The notes beneath the pieces were generated by a model, which did not search any database, was not told the origin of the DNA, and saw only the letters and a list, made by a program, of their open reading frames with translations. From Lysobacterales bacterium (lineage in GTDB: Bacteria > Pseudomonadota > Gammaproteobacteria > Xanthomonadales > SZUA-5), in assembly GCA_022844165.1 (NCBI GenBank), contig JALHMH010000002.1, forward strand, positions 1 through 64,000: DNA of 64,000 nucleotides, written 5' to 3'. Of this stretch, positions 1 to 14,230 are shown piece after piece (positions within the stretch are counted from its first letter, which is position 1; each line of letters starts with the position of its first letter). The position numbers were made by a program, and so were the translations under genes.

Positions 1-30
1 GCACCAGGGACGGTTGCTTGCGTAGAATCG

Positions 31-306
31 ACGCATGCTTGCGTAGAATCGAAACGACGGGCCTATAGCTCAACGGTTAGAGCAGGAGACTCATAATCTC
101 TTGGTTCCAGGTTCGAATCCTGGTGGGGCGAACCGGAGCTGTCGCGCGGCATGCCGCGCGCCGGTGAGCGCCCGGCCATGGATGGCCGGGCCGGCGCCCA
201 GCACCAGGGACGCATGCTTGCGTAGAATCGAAACGACGGGCCTATAGCTCAACGGTTAGAGCAGGAGACTCATAATCTCTTGGTTCCAGGTTCGAATCCT
301 GGTGGG
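31..306 (+). repeat. 97-bp direct repeat (31-127 = 210-306) separated by GC-rich REP-like palindromes
   Basis: Direct comparison; the spacer has GCGCGGCATGCCGCGC and CCCGGCCATGGATGGCCGGG hairpins. Confidence 0.85.
59..134 (+). pseudogene. Degenerate tRNA(CAU) copy
   Basis: 59-127 is identical to 238-306, but the 3' acceptor strand reads TGGGGCG-AACC instead of TGGGCCC-ACCA (two mispairs, no CCA). Confidence 0.8.
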
Positions 307-313
307 CCCACCA
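238..313 (+). tRNA. tRNA with CAT anticodon, probably tRNA-Ile2 (lysidine) rather than Met
   Basis: 76-nt cloverleaf GGGCCTA...TGGGCCC-ACCA, anticodon loop CTCATAA, T-loop TTCGAAT; resembles ileX-type tRNAs. Confidence 0.93.
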
Positions 314-627
314 ACTCTCGGTTCCAACCGACTCTCCCGGAACGCCCAAAAGCGCAGCCAGTGCGCACAGCTGCGGGTTCCTGCCGGTCAGCGCGTGGAC
401 CTGGCTTCCCGCCGTCGACTGCCCGAAAGCCCGAAAAGTGCTCTCTACCCCGCCCCCGCTCTCTGTCCCCCTGGTCCCGAGAGAGCCAAGAACCAAGCGA
501 TGAAGTTATCCACACGATAAGGATCAAGCACTTACGCTTGGTTCAAGAGTACGAGTTGGACGGCAGACGTGGTTGGCAGTTGGGGTCAAATTGTGGCGAT
601 GTTTGGGTCTGAACGCCCGACAGGTCG

Positions 628-2611
<1,984 letters not shown>

Positions 2612-2623
2612 AGCGATGTCCTT

Positions 2624-2974
2624 TCAGTAGAACAGGGGCATGAGGTAGGGGAATACAAGGGCCATCAGCACCAAACCTGCGACAATCCAGAAGATCACCT
2701 TGTAGGCCGTGCGCAGCTGGGGCGCGGCGCAGACGTCGTCCGGCGCGCATGTGCCGGTCGAACGGAAAATGCGACGCCAAGCGAAGTACAGCGCCACTAG
2801 CGCCACGCCAATGAAGATTGGTCGGTATGGTTCCAGCGCGGTCAGGTTGCCAATCCAGGCCCCGGAGAAGCCCAGCGTGATCAGCACCAGTGGGCCGAGG
2901 CAGCAGGTCGAGGCGAGGATGGCGGCGATGCCGCCGGCAGCCAGTGCGCCGCCGCCGTTGCTGAGATCTGCCAT
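2624..2974 (-). CDS. merT: Mercuric ion transporter
   Basis: LASTCCLGPLVLITLGFSGAWIGNLTALEPYRP, three TM segments, second Cys pair. Confidence 0.96.
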   Translation of the reverse strand: MADLSNGGGALAAGGIAAILASTCCLGPLVLITLGFSGAWIGNLTALEPYRPIFIGVALVALYFAWRRIFRSTGTCAPDDVCAAPQLRTAYKVIFWIVAGLVLMALVFPYLMPLFY

Positions 2975-3009
2975 GGGACGCTCCTTCCGGGACTTCGCGT
3001 GATGAGCTA

Positions 3010-3040
3010 ACGTTACTCCCGTAGTCAAGTACGGAGTCAA
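3010..3040 (-). promoter_or_regulatory. MerR-regulated merT promoter/operator
   Basis: Minus strand TTGACT, 19-bp spacer with CCGTA...TACGG dyad, TAACGT; matches the Tn501/Tn21 merOP layout. Confidence 0.92.
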
Positions 3041-3045
3041 GCGAT

Positions 3046-3477
3046 ATGACGAACATCCCGGAAACCCTGACCATCGGAACCTTCGCCAAGTCCGCCGGAG
3101 TCCACGTGGAGACCATCCGGTTCTATCAGCGCAAGGGTCTGCTGTCGGAGCCGGATCGACCTAACGGCGGGATCCGCCGTTATGGGCCGGCGGACGTGGA
3201 GCGGGTGAAGTTCGTTAAGTCCGCCCAGCGACTGGGGTTCAATCTGGACGAGATTGCGCAGTTGCTCAGGCTGGAGGACGGGACGCATTGCCATGAAGCC
3301 GCCGACCTTGCAGCAGCTCGCCTGGCGGACGTGCGCTTGCGGCTAACCGACCTCCAGCGCATGGAATCAGCTCTGTCCCAACTGGTAAAAGCGTGCAGTT
3401 CGAGCCGGGGCAAGGTGACTTGCCCGCTGATTGCGTCCTTGCACCAGCATTCCCACAGTAGAAAAAACCCACACTGA
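3046..3477 (+). CDS. merR: Hg(II)-responsive regulator
   Basis: [29 protein letters not shown], three conserved Cys, CPLIASL; divergent from merT. Confidence 0.96.
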   Translation: MTNIPETLTIGTFAKSAGVHVETIRFYQRKGLLSEPDRPNGGIRRYGPADVERVKFVKSAQRLGFNLDEIAQLLRLEDGTHCHEAADLAAARLADVRLRLTDLQRMESALSQLVKACSSSRGKVTCPLIASLHQHSHSRKNPH

Positions 3478-3820
3478 AAGGTGCTGTCGCCAACGCCACC
3501 CACCCAGTGGTTGCCCAATCAACGAAACGCGCAGCTCACGCGCCGACGCGGCGCCGGGCGCATATCCGCGGGTGTGCCGGCTGGCGGCGCTGTAGTGGCC
3601 GGGGATTTTTTCGCTGGTTTCGCCGCTACGGGATGGCCGCAAGTGTTTGTCGTAGCGCTGATTTCGCTGATTTCGCCGAATTTGGGGATCTGAATGGAAC
3701 CCATCTCAGTGAGAAAGAAGGTGATCAAGGTTGCAGCAAAGACGCCGAAGCGCTTGGCAACCTGGTTTTCTTCCTATTCGATCTTGTCGGGGATCAACAA
3801 GCTGCGACGGCTGCATCACG

Positions 3821-4153
3821 TCAGGTCTGATCGTCGACCTTGGCGTCCGTCGCGTTGGCCTTGACCGACGCGATGCCGGCGTCGCGTGAGGCTTCCGACT
3901 TGTAGGTCTCACTCGTGCCGATGACCTGATGGTTCGCGGCTTTCAGGTTGAACATGAACTGGCCGCCCGCCGCGGTCCTGCGCTCGTAACAAGCGTCATC
4001 CCGGGCGTTCTTGCGCACGGATTCGATACCGTTCAGTGCGCCCGCCTTGGACGAGTACATCTCGCTCTTGAGGATGGTCTCGCCGTTGCCAGCCTGCAGG
4101 CGGAAATACGTCTCGCCGTTGCTAGCAGTTTTCACCACGAACTTGCCGGCCAT
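3821..4153 (-). CDS. YegP/DUF1508 family protein
   Basis: Two tandem F-x-L-x-A-x-N-x-x-x-I-x-x-SE-x-Y repeats. Confidence 0.88.
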   Translation of the reverse strand: MAGKFVVKTASNGETYFRLQAGNGETILKSEMYSSKAGALNGIESVRKNARDDACYERRTAAGGQFMFNLKAANHQVIGTSETYKSEASRDAGIASVKANATDAKVDDQT

Positions 4154-4299
4154 GTGCTCGCTCCTACGATGGGAGCCGCAACACTAACGCGATGCGCGCC
4201 TTGGTAAAGAGCACGCGTTGCACAAACGTCGCCGCCAGCGACATCACCGAAGTGCCAAGTCGCTGACGGGCGCGGGCGCGTCAGTCGTCTTGGTGAAAC

Positions 4300-4428
4300 G
4301 GACTGGAGTTCCGTGCCGTCGCCGTGATGGCCTACGACGATGAAGTGGTGTCGCTGCAGGCACGCATCGACGCCATCACCGACGAAGCCGACCTGGAAGA
4401 GGTCTACACCACCGAACGCCATCTTCTC
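4300..4428 (+). pseudogene. Remnant of a UvrD/SF1 helicase C-terminus
   Basis: Own translation GLEFRAVAVMAYDDEVVSLQARIDAITDEADLEEVYTTERHLL resembles the KGLEF...ERHLLYVA motif V-VI region; no flanking gene. Confidence 0.65.
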
Positions 4429-4583
4429 GGCGCGCGCATTGGTGCTGAAGGATGCGGAAGCGTTTGACGCCGTCGTGCAAGTGGTGGAACGAATCGGGCG
4501 CCTGCTACGCCCGAAAGAAACGGGAATGGCCAAGTTCAAAGACGCCGTGTGCGCGGTGGCTTCCGCCTCGTCGTTAGCGAAAG

Positions 4584-4778
4584 ATGAGCCATGCAAAGGC
4601 GCAGGGTTTGGCGCTTGATAGGCCGCTAACGGTCAGATCTGGCGAAGCCATCGACGGGCTAAGAAAAACAGTGACTTCAATGCCAGTCCTGGTCACGAGG
4701 GAAGACTGCGAACTGCTAGGCATCATCTCGGCGTTTGACTTGCTGTATCACCGTCGTGTTGCGCCCCGCTCACCCTGA
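4584..4778 (+). pseudogene. Possible CBS-domain fragment
   Basis: MPVLV...ELLGIISAFDLL resembles a CBS domain end. Confidence 0.35.
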
Positions 4779-4842
4779 GCTTGTCGAAGGGTTGCGGCGC
4801 TCAGGGCAATCGGTTTGCGCATCCTGAGCCTGTCGAATGGAA
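4768..4842. repeat. REP-like short elements
   Basis: Two related copies CCCTGAGCTTGTCGAAGGG and TCCTGAGCCTGTCGAATGG. Confidence 0.5.
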
Positions 4843-4921
4843 CCTGACCCGTCCTGAAAGAGCGTGTCCAAGCTCCCTTGCCAGTCCGACCGAACTGCTG
4901 CAGAGTCCTTAGCATCCCTCC

Positions 4922-5239
4922 ATGAACGTGACCACGATGCGCACCTTCGCTGCCATTTCCCTCACGCTCGCGATCTGCGCGCCGGCCAGCGCGAACGCCG
5001 CGACGATCTACAACGAGATCGAACAGGACACCGTTGTGGAGATCTATATCGGCAGCGAGGAGGTGCTGGCCGCGAGCGGCCGCTTGATCACGTCTGGTGA
5101 CAGTTTCGAGCTTCCGACCGAGCCGACTGGCCCGCAGGACCTGCGCATCCGGTTCGAAAGCGGCCACGAATGCACGATCACCGGCGTGGACTTTGCCCAG
5201 TCGCCAGAGTTCGTGATCGGACCCAACTGCGTGGGCTGA
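4922..5239 (+). CDS. Small putative secreted protein
   Basis: Signal-peptide-like N-terminus, acidic mature part with two Cys, host-like codon use. Confidence 0.6.
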   Translation: MNVTTMRTFAAISLTLAICAPASANAATIYNEIEQDTVVEIYIGSEEVLAASGRLITSGDSFELPTEPTGPQDLRIRFESGHECTITGVDFAQSPEFVIGPNCVG

Positions 5240-5822
5240 GGGCGACGCCCGGCCAGGCGCAACGCGCCCCTGCCGCACCCAAGGTGCCAACCGAGTGCCG
5301 TCCTCTGGCAACTGCCGCATCTGGTCCCCAAATGGCTTGGCTACCTGTTCGCCGAATTCGATCAGCACTGGAAGCCGTGGAATCCATCGGAAGATGCCCT
5401 CGTGCTGGCGGCGGCGATGGTTAACTCGCCGGACTTCCCGGCGGCGATGTCCGCTATCGCGGAGCGGCTGGACTGGCCCGCCCGCAGGCTGAACCCGGCG
5501 ACGAGCTACCTGATGCGCCGCCAGCTCGTCGACTATCTCGACTCATTGGATTCGCGCCCGTTCACCGCCCATCGGATCACCCGCAACGACGCGACGCGCC
5601 GGTTCGTGAAGAGTCGCCAAAGCCGCTGATTTCCGCGCCCCAATCCGCTCGAGCCAGCAAGCCATGGGCTGGTCAGTCCCGTCCAGCGATGGGTTACTTG
5701 GCTAAACTCGTCAAACCGAATCCAAGGCAGGCGCAAGCTGACGTGAAAGAGCCTGAACACCGCCGGTTTGGTCAGGACGACGCCATAGTCTGCGAACCCA
5801 CGCACATCGTCCAAGGAATCTA

Positions 5823-7391
5823 ATGGCTACCGAACGCGCCGAACTGCACAAGACCATCTGGCGCATCGCCAACGACCTGCGCGGCAGCGTCGACGGCTGG
5901 GACTTCAAGACCTACGTGCTCGGGATGCTGTTCTACCGCTTCATCTCGGAGAACCTCACCAGCTACCTCAACGAACAGGAACGCCGCGCAGGCAGTGCCG
6001 ATTTCGACTACACCCGATTAAGTGATATCGAGGCCGGGTTCGGCCGCTACGAGACGGTGAGAGAGAAGGGCTTTTACATCCTGCCTTCGGAGTTGTTCGT
6101 CAATGTGCGGGCGCGGGCGCGTTTCGATGCCAACCTCAACGAGACCCTCAGCAACATCTTTGCCAATATCGAAGGCTCAGCCAACGGAAGCGACTCAGAG
6201 GACGACATCAAGGGGCTGTTCGACGATCTCGACGTCAACAGCAGCAAGCTTGGCCCCACCGTGGCCAAGCGCAACGAAAAACTGGTCAAGCTGCTCGACG
6301 CCATCGGCGATCTGCCGCTCACCAGCAGCGAAGGCGTGTTCACAGCAAACACCATCGACCTGTTTGGCGACGCCTACGAATACCTGATGCAGATGTATGC
6401 CTCCACGGCGGGCAAGTCGGGCGGCGAGTTCTACACGCCGCAGGAAGTCTCCGAGCTGCTGGCCCGCATTACCGTGGTCGGCAAGCGCGCGGTCAACAAG
6501 GTCTACGACCCGGCCTGCGGCTCGGGCTCTTTGCTCTTGAACTTCGTCAAGGTGCTGGGCCACGACGCCGTGCGCCAGGGGTTCTTTGGTCAGGAGATCA
6601 ACCTCACCACCTACAACCTGTGCCGGATCAACATGTTCCTGCACGATGTGAACTTCGAGAAGTTCCACATTGCCTACGGCGACACGCTGACCGACCCGGC
6701 GCACTGGGACGACGAGCCCTTCGAGGCCATCGTTTCCAATCCTCCGTACTCGATTCGCTGGGATGGCGACGCCAACCCGCTGCTCATCAACGACGCAAGA
6801 TTCGCCCCGGCGGGCGTGCTGGCCCCCAAGAGCAAGGCCGACCTCGCCTTCACCCTGCACATCCTTTCGTGGCTCGCGGTCAATGGCACGGCGGCGATTG
6901 TGGAGTTTCCCGGCGTGCTCTATCGCGGCGGCGCAGAGCAGAAGATTCGCCAATACCTGATCGACAACAACTATGTCGATGCGGTCATCCAGTTGCCGCC
7001 CGACCTGTTCTTCGGCACCACCATCGCAACCTGCATCGTTGTGCTGAAGAAGTCCAAGCATGACAACGCGACCTTGTTCATAGACGCCAGTGACCTGCTC
7101 GTACGCGTCGGCAACAAGAACAAGCTATTGCCCGAGCACCAGCAAAAAATCCTCGCCGCGTTCACCGATCGCCAGAGTATCGAGCACTTCGCTCGCCTCG
7201 TTGAGAACAGCGAAATTGCGGCCAATGGCTACAACATCGCGGTCTCCAGCTACGTCGAGCAAGCCAACACCGGTGAAGCGGTCGATATCCAAGCGCTCAA
7301 TGCCAAGATCAGCCGCATCGTCGCGCGGCAGGCGGAATTAAGGATGCAGATCGATGCCATCGTGGCCGATCTGGAAGGAGAACCGGTATGA
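5823..7391 (+). CDS. hsdM: Type I RM methyltransferase subunit
   Basis: GEFYTP, YDPACGSGSLL motif I, NPPY motif IV. Confidence 0.97.
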   Translation: MATERAELHKTIWRIANDLRGSVDGWDFKTYVLGMLFYRFISENLTSYLNEQERRAGSADFDYTRLSDIEAGFGRYETVREKGFYILPSELFVNVRARARFDANLNETLSNIFANIEGSANGSDSEDDIKGLFDDLDVNSSKLGPTVAKRNEKLVKLLDAIGDLPLTSSEGVFTANTIDLFGDAYEYLMQMYASTAGKSGGEFYTPQEVSELLARITVVGKRAVNKVYDPACGSGSLLLNFVKVLGHDAVRQGFFGQEINLTTYNLCRINMFLHDVNFEKFHIAYGDTLTDPAHWDDEPFEAIVSNPPYSIRWDGDANPLLINDARFAPAGVLAPKSKADLAFTLHILSWLAVNGTAAIVEFPGVLYRGGAEQKIRQYLIDNNYVDAVIQLPPDLFFGTTIATCIVVLKKSKHDNATLFIDASDLLVRVGNKNKLLPEHQQKILAAFTDRQSIEHFARLVENSEIAANGYNIAVSSYVEQANTGEAVDIQALNAKISRIVARQAELRMQIDAIVADLEGEPV

Positions 7392-8388
7392 ACAGGCAAG
7401 CCGGCGGAGAGATCATTCTTTACCAGCACGGTGATTCGCCTGCTATCGACGTACGGCTGAATGGCGATACGGTCTGGCTCTCCTTGAACCAGATGGCCGA
7501 GTTGCTGGGCCGGAACAAATCCACCATTTCCCGCCACATCGCCAACGTGTTTGCAGAGGGTGAGCTGGAGCGCAATTCAGTTGTTGCAGAATTTGCAACA
7601 ACTGCCGCCGATGGCAAGACCTACCGGGTCGAGCATTTCAATCTTGATGTCACCATATCGGTTGGCTACCGGGTGAAGTCTCGGCAAGGCACCCAATTCC
7701 GCATTTGGGCCACCGATCGGCTGCGCGAGTATCTGGTCAAGGGCTTCACCATGGACGACGCTCGCCTGAAAAATCTGGGCGGCGGCAACTACTGGAAAGA
7801 GCTGCTTGATCGTATCCGTGACATTCGCAGCAGCGAGAAAGTGCTCTACCGGCAAGTGCTCGACCTTTACGCCACCAGCGTGGATTACGATCCCCAGGCC
7901 GAGGCCAGCGTCATTTTCTTCAAAACGGTGCAAAACAAGATGCACTATGCGGCGCACGGCCGCACCGCCGCCGAAGTGATCGCACAGCGCGCCGACGCCG
8001 GCAAGCCCTTCATGGGCCTGTTGACCTTCTCGGGCGCCCAGCCCACTAAGGCCGAGGTGGTCGTTGCCAAGAACTACCTCGACGAAAAGGAACTCATGCG
8101 CCTGAATACACTGGTGTCAGCGTATTTCGATGCGGCCGAGTTCCGCGCCCAGGCCCATAAACCTACCTACATGAAGGACTGGCTGGCGCACCTTGATCGA
8201 CTGATCGTGGCGATGGAGGCCCAAACGCTCGACGGCGCAGGAAAAGTAAGCCACAGCCAGGCCGTCGAGAAGGCCGAGGCCGAATACGCGAAGTACCGAG
8301 CTCAGTTGACGGTGGCGCCTAGCGCAGTGGAGGTCGCATTTTTGGAAAACGTCAAAAAGGTGCAGAAGAAGATCGAGGGGAAGGAGAC

Positions 8389-8392
<4 letters not shown>
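7388..8392 (+). CDS. RhuM-family DNA-binding protein
   Basis: VWLSLNQMAELL, NLDVTISVGYRVKSRQGTQFRIWA, IRDIRSSEK; overlaps hsdM and hsdS by 4 nt. Confidence 0.88.
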
Positions 8393-9656
<1,264 letters not shown>

Positions 9657-9660
<4 letters not shown>

Positions 9661-12600
9661 GCGAGGACCCCAAACCCTTTCGCTACGAGCCGATCGCGCT
9701 CTCCAACGAGAGCACCGTCGTCGCCGAGTTCTTGCCCGACACCCCGAGTGTGCGGGATTCGGCCTATCAATCTGAGACTGCCCTGGAAAAAGCCTTCATC
9801 GAGCAGTTGCAGATTCAGGCCTATGACTACCTGGTACTCACCTCGGAAGCCGAACTGATTGCCAACTTGCGTCGCCAACTGGAGAAGCTCAACAGGATCA
9901 GCTTCGCCGATACCGAGTGGGAGCGATTCTTCAGCACCTGTATCGCTGGGGCGAACGACGGCATTCTGGAAAAGACCGCGCGCGTCCAGGAAGATCATAT
10001 CCAGGTCTTGAAGCGCGAGGACGGTACGACCAAGAACATCTACCTGATCGACAAGGCCAACATTCACAACAACGCCTTGCAGGTGATCAACCAGTACGAG
10101 GCGGACGGCCGCCGCGCCACCCGTTTTGATGTCACCGTGCTGGTCAACGGCCTTCCGATGGTGCACATCGAACTCAAGCGGCGTGGCGTGGACATCCGCG
10201 AGGCCTTCAACCAGATCAACCGCTACCAGCGCGACAGCTTCTGGGCGGGCTCCGGCCTGTTCGAGTACATGCAGCTGTTCGTCATCAGCAACGGCACGCT
10301 GACCAAGTACTACAGCAACACCGTGCGCGACGGGCATTTGAAGGAGCAGTCCAGCAAGCGCAGCAAGAACCAGACCTCCAACAGCTATTCCTTTACCAGT
10401 TGGTGGGCCGATGCCAGGAACCAGCCGATCACCGAGCTGACTGGCTTCGCGAAGACCTTTTTCGCCAAGCATTCGCTGCTCAATGTGCTCACCAAGTACT
10501 GCGTGTTCGATGTGGATCGCAAGCTGCTGGTGATGCGGCCGTATCAGATCGTGGCCGCCGAGCGCATCTTGCAGCGCATCGCCACCGCCACCAATCACAA
10601 GCAGTTGGGTAGCGTGGCAGCGGGCGGCTATATCTGGCACACCACCGGCAGCGGCAAAACGCTGACCAGCTTCAAAGCGGCGCAGCTCGCCCGCGGCTTG
10701 CCCGACATCGACAAGGTGCTGTTCGTGGTGGATCGCAAGGATCTGGACTACCAGACCATGCGCGAGTACGAACGCTTCGAGAAAGGCGCCGCCAACTCAA
10801 ACACGTCCACCGCGGTGCTGCAGCGACAGATCGAAGACCCCAACGCTCGTATCATCATTACCACCATCCAGAAACTCGCCCGCTTCGTCGCCAAGAACAA
10901 GAAGCACCCGGTGTATGAGGCGCACGTGGTGGTGATCTTTGACGAATGCCACCGCAGCCAGTTCGGCGACATGCACGCCGAAATCACCCGGGTGTTCCAG
11001 CGCTATCACCTGTTCGGCTTCACCGGCACGCCGATCTTTGCCGAGAACTCCGGCGCCGCCGGCAACCCCCTGCGGCGTACCACGAGCCAGGCCTTTGGTG
11101 ACAAGCTGCACACCTACACCATCGTCGATGCCATCAGCGACAAGAACGTGCTGCCGTTTCGCATCGACTACATCAACACCATCAAGACGCAGCCGAGCAT
11201 CCGGGACAAGAAGGTGCCCGCCATCGATACCGAGCGGGCACTGTTGGCGCCCGAGCGCATCGCTCAGATCGTGGGCTACATCCGCGAACACTTCGACCAG
11301 AAGACCAAGCGTGCCAGCAACTATCGCCACGATGGCAAGCGCCTGTTCGGCTTCAACTCTCTGTTCGCTTGCGCCTCCATCGAGGCGGCAAAACGCTACT
11401 ACGCAGAGTTCGCCAAACAGCAGAGAGCGCGGCCAGAGGCAGGGCGGCTCAAGGTCGGCCTGATCTACAGCTTTGCCGTCAACGAAGAAGAAAGCGACGG
11501 TCTGCTCAACGAGGAAGAGTTCGAAACCGAGGGGCTGGATGCCAGTTCGCGCGACTTTCTGGAAAGTGCGATCCAGGACTACAACGCCCTGTTTGGTACC
11601 AGCTTCGACACCAGCGCCGACAAGTTCCAAAACTACTACAAGGACTTGTCGCAGCGATTGAAGAAGCGTGAGCTGGACGTGGTGATCGTGGTCAACATGT
11701 TCCTGACCGGCTTCGACGCCACCACGCTGAACACCCTGTGGGCCGACAAGAACCTCAAGGCGCATGGCTTGATCCAGGCGTACTCGCGTACCAACCGAAT
11801 CCTCAATTCGGTCAAGACCTACGGCAACATCGTCTCCTTCCGCAATCTGGAGCAGGAGACCAACGACGCGCTGGCGCTGTTCGGCAACAAGGAGGCCAAG
11901 GGCATCGTGCTGCTCAAGCCCTACGCCGAGTACTACAAGGATTACGAGACTCGGGTTGCGGAGCTACTCGCTGGATTCCCGCTTGGAAAAGCCATCACCG
12001 GCGAGGCAGCGCAGAAGGCGTTCATCAAGCTGTTCGGCTCGATCCTGCGGCTGAAGAACATCTTGACCGCGTTCGACGATTTCGCGGGCCACGAGATCCT
12101 CAGCGAGCGCGAGTTCCAGGACTACCAGAGCCTGTACCTGAACCTGTACGCGGAATTTCGCGCAACGTCGGATGCTGAAAAGGAATCGATCAACGACGAC
12201 GTCGTGTTCGAGATCGAATTGATCAAGCAAGTCGAAATCAACGTCGACTACATCCTGCTTCTAGTTGAGCAGTACTTGAAGAAGAAGGGATCGGGCGACG
12301 ACAAGGAAATCCGCGCAACCATCGAGCGCGCCATCAATTCCAGCCCGTCCTTGCGCAACAAAAAGGACCTGATCGTGCAGTTCGTCGATTCGGTGACCAC
12401 GAAGGCCAAGGTAGACGCGCAATGGCAAGCCTTCGTGGCGGCGAAGAAGGCCGAGGAGTTGGAGCGCATCATCGCGGAAGAAAACCTCAACGCGGAAGGC
12501 ACTCGCAGCTTTATCGACAATGCCTTCCGCGACGGCAGCATCCCCACCGCCGGCACTGCCATCACAAAGATCCTGCCGCCGGTGTCCCGGTTTTCAAAGG

Positions 12601-12680
12601 ACAACGGCCACGCAGCCAAGAAGCAGACCGTGCTGGACAGACTGGCTGCATTCTTCGAACGGTATTTCGGGTTGGGTTGA
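9657..12680 (+). CDS. hsdR: Type I RM restriction subunit
   Basis: D...IELK nuclease motif, HTTGSGKT, DECHR, FTGTP, QAYSRTNR. Confidence 0.97.
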
Positions 12681-12915
12681 GCGGGACTGGGTACTTTCCG
12701 GATCGCGCGCAGCGATAGCGAAATTCGACGCCAGACTTGGCGGATGACAAGCAGGGAGACGCGTAATGCCCCTGCTCCGCATCCCGCTTGGCTACGCTGA
12801 CTTCATCGCTTGACGGCACAGTTGCCTGGAGGGGAATGAAGACTCTACGGCTTTGTCGCAGTTTGAAATCCGGGATGCTTGACCGCTTATGCATCCCGTG
12901 CCAAGGTCTGCGGCA

Positions 12916-13242
12916 ATGAACAAGACCCCGAAGCGCCCTAGAGATGCCAACCAACTCGCGAAGCTCATCGTAAACCTTGCTACCGGCGAGGCTAGCGAGC
13001 CAACCTCTCCACCAGACGGCAAAGACCCCGCCGCCGTTGCGCTTGGGCGCAAGGGCGGGCTTAAGGGTGGGAAGGCACGAGCGGACAAACTAAGCTCTGT
13101 TGAGCGCTCCGCAATCGCAAAACGCGCAGCGACTATTCGTTGGCAGAGCGCAGAGCCCGCGCATCCGGAACCGCTCGCAGGGTCCGCACCTTGGGAGCCA
13201 ATGCGTCAACGCCGAGTTTTGAAAACTCCGAAGGGAACATAA
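12916..13242 (+). CDS. Small basic protein (KRPRD.NQLAK / GRKGGLKGGKARA type)
   Basis: Recognisable basic motifs; this kind of ORF is typically next to IS1-like transposases. Confidence 0.7.
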   Translation: MNKTPKRPRDANQLAKLIVNLATGEASEPTSPPDGKDPAAVALGRKGGLKGGKARADKLSSVERSAIAKRAATIRWQSAEPAHPEPLAGSAPWEPMRQRRVLKTPKGT

Positions 13243-14230
13243 ACATCAGTCGCGCCATTTCATCCACTGAATATCCGAGATGTTGAATAAAATATTGGAA
13301 TAGCCCATTGAAATTTTGGGTCTTTTCAATTTCCAATGGCACCGGCTCTTTTGTTCTGTATCCCGCGCCAGACATCTGAACCCAAAGACTCTTGGTTTGA
13401 GTCTCAGTTAAACTCCCAAGCGTTCCGGCGCGCATCAAAAGAGCGGCCATTGAAACCTTCCAGTAAGGTTTCAGAGAAGCAAGATCCTGAAGCCGGATTT
13501 TCGGCAACTTGCTAAACTGCAACTTAAGATCATTTGCAGGCATCAAGAACTCTGCTGCGAATTCATCCGCCTCGACTTCCATTGTCTCACTCGGAAGATC
13601 GTGCATTACCAAATGCCCAAGCTCATGCCCCAGGGTATATCTCCAGCGATCCCCTGGAATGCATTTATTCATAAAAATTAACGGCGGCATATCATTCAGC
13701 TGCAAGCTCGTTGCGTCCATTGACTGTGTGCCAAAGTCGCATGGAACGATTACAACGCCAGCGCTCTCCACAAGGGCCGTAAGGTTATTGATCGGACCAT
13801 CTGCCAGGTTCCACGCAGATCGCAAAGCCCGGGCCACATGTTCCGCGCTGCTGAACGAGTCCAATGAAAACCGGGGCAGCTTCCTGCTTGGCTCAAGCTC
13901 AACTGAAGTCAGCAGCCTCTTGATAGACAGCCGCAGCAGGTTAACGATTCCAGTAATTCGCTTTCGGTCCGAACTTGAAATGGAAGCCCGTTTTCTATAG
14001 TAAAAAGAGCTCGACCCAAATCCAAGACGCTCTCCGGGCTGATAAAAAAACTCAACAGGAAAATCCAACACCTCAGCGATTTTACCAATAAAATCGTGCG
14101 CCATCTCAGGCGCAATCCCACCTTCGATCTTTGAGATCGCCCCCTGCTTCACCTTCACCCGGCCGGCGAGTTCTTCTTGGGTTAAACTTCTATACTCTCG
14201 TGCCAGCACGACCATTTCATGATTAATCAT
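13133..14230 (-). CDS. XRE HTH plus ImmA/IrrE zinc metallopeptidase
   Basis: N-terminal LTQEELA...ISKIEGG HTH; RYTLGHELGHLVMH and EVEADEFAAEFLMP. Confidence 0.92.
   Translation of the reverse strand: MINHEMVVLAREYRSLTQEELAGRVKVKQGAISKIEGGIAPEMAHDFIGKIAEVLDFPVEFFYQPGERLGFGSSSFYYRKRASISSSDRKRITGIVNLLRLSIKRLLTSVELEPSRKLPRFSLDSFSSAEHVARALRSAWNLADGPINNLTALVESAGVVIVPCDFGTQSMDATSLQLNDMPPLIFMNKCIPGDRWRYTLGHELGHLVMHDLPSETMEVEADEFAAEFLMPANDLKLQFSKLPKIRLQDLASLKPYWKVSMAALLMRAGTLGSLTETQTKSLWVQMSGAGYRTKEPVPLEIEKTQNFNGLFQYFIQHLGYSVDEMARLMFMFPSEFSKLGVDALAPKVRTLRAVPDARALRSANE

Noticed and set aside
506-514. Perfect DnaA box TTATCCACA as an origin
   Set aside because: Single copy with no box cluster or AT-rich unwinding region
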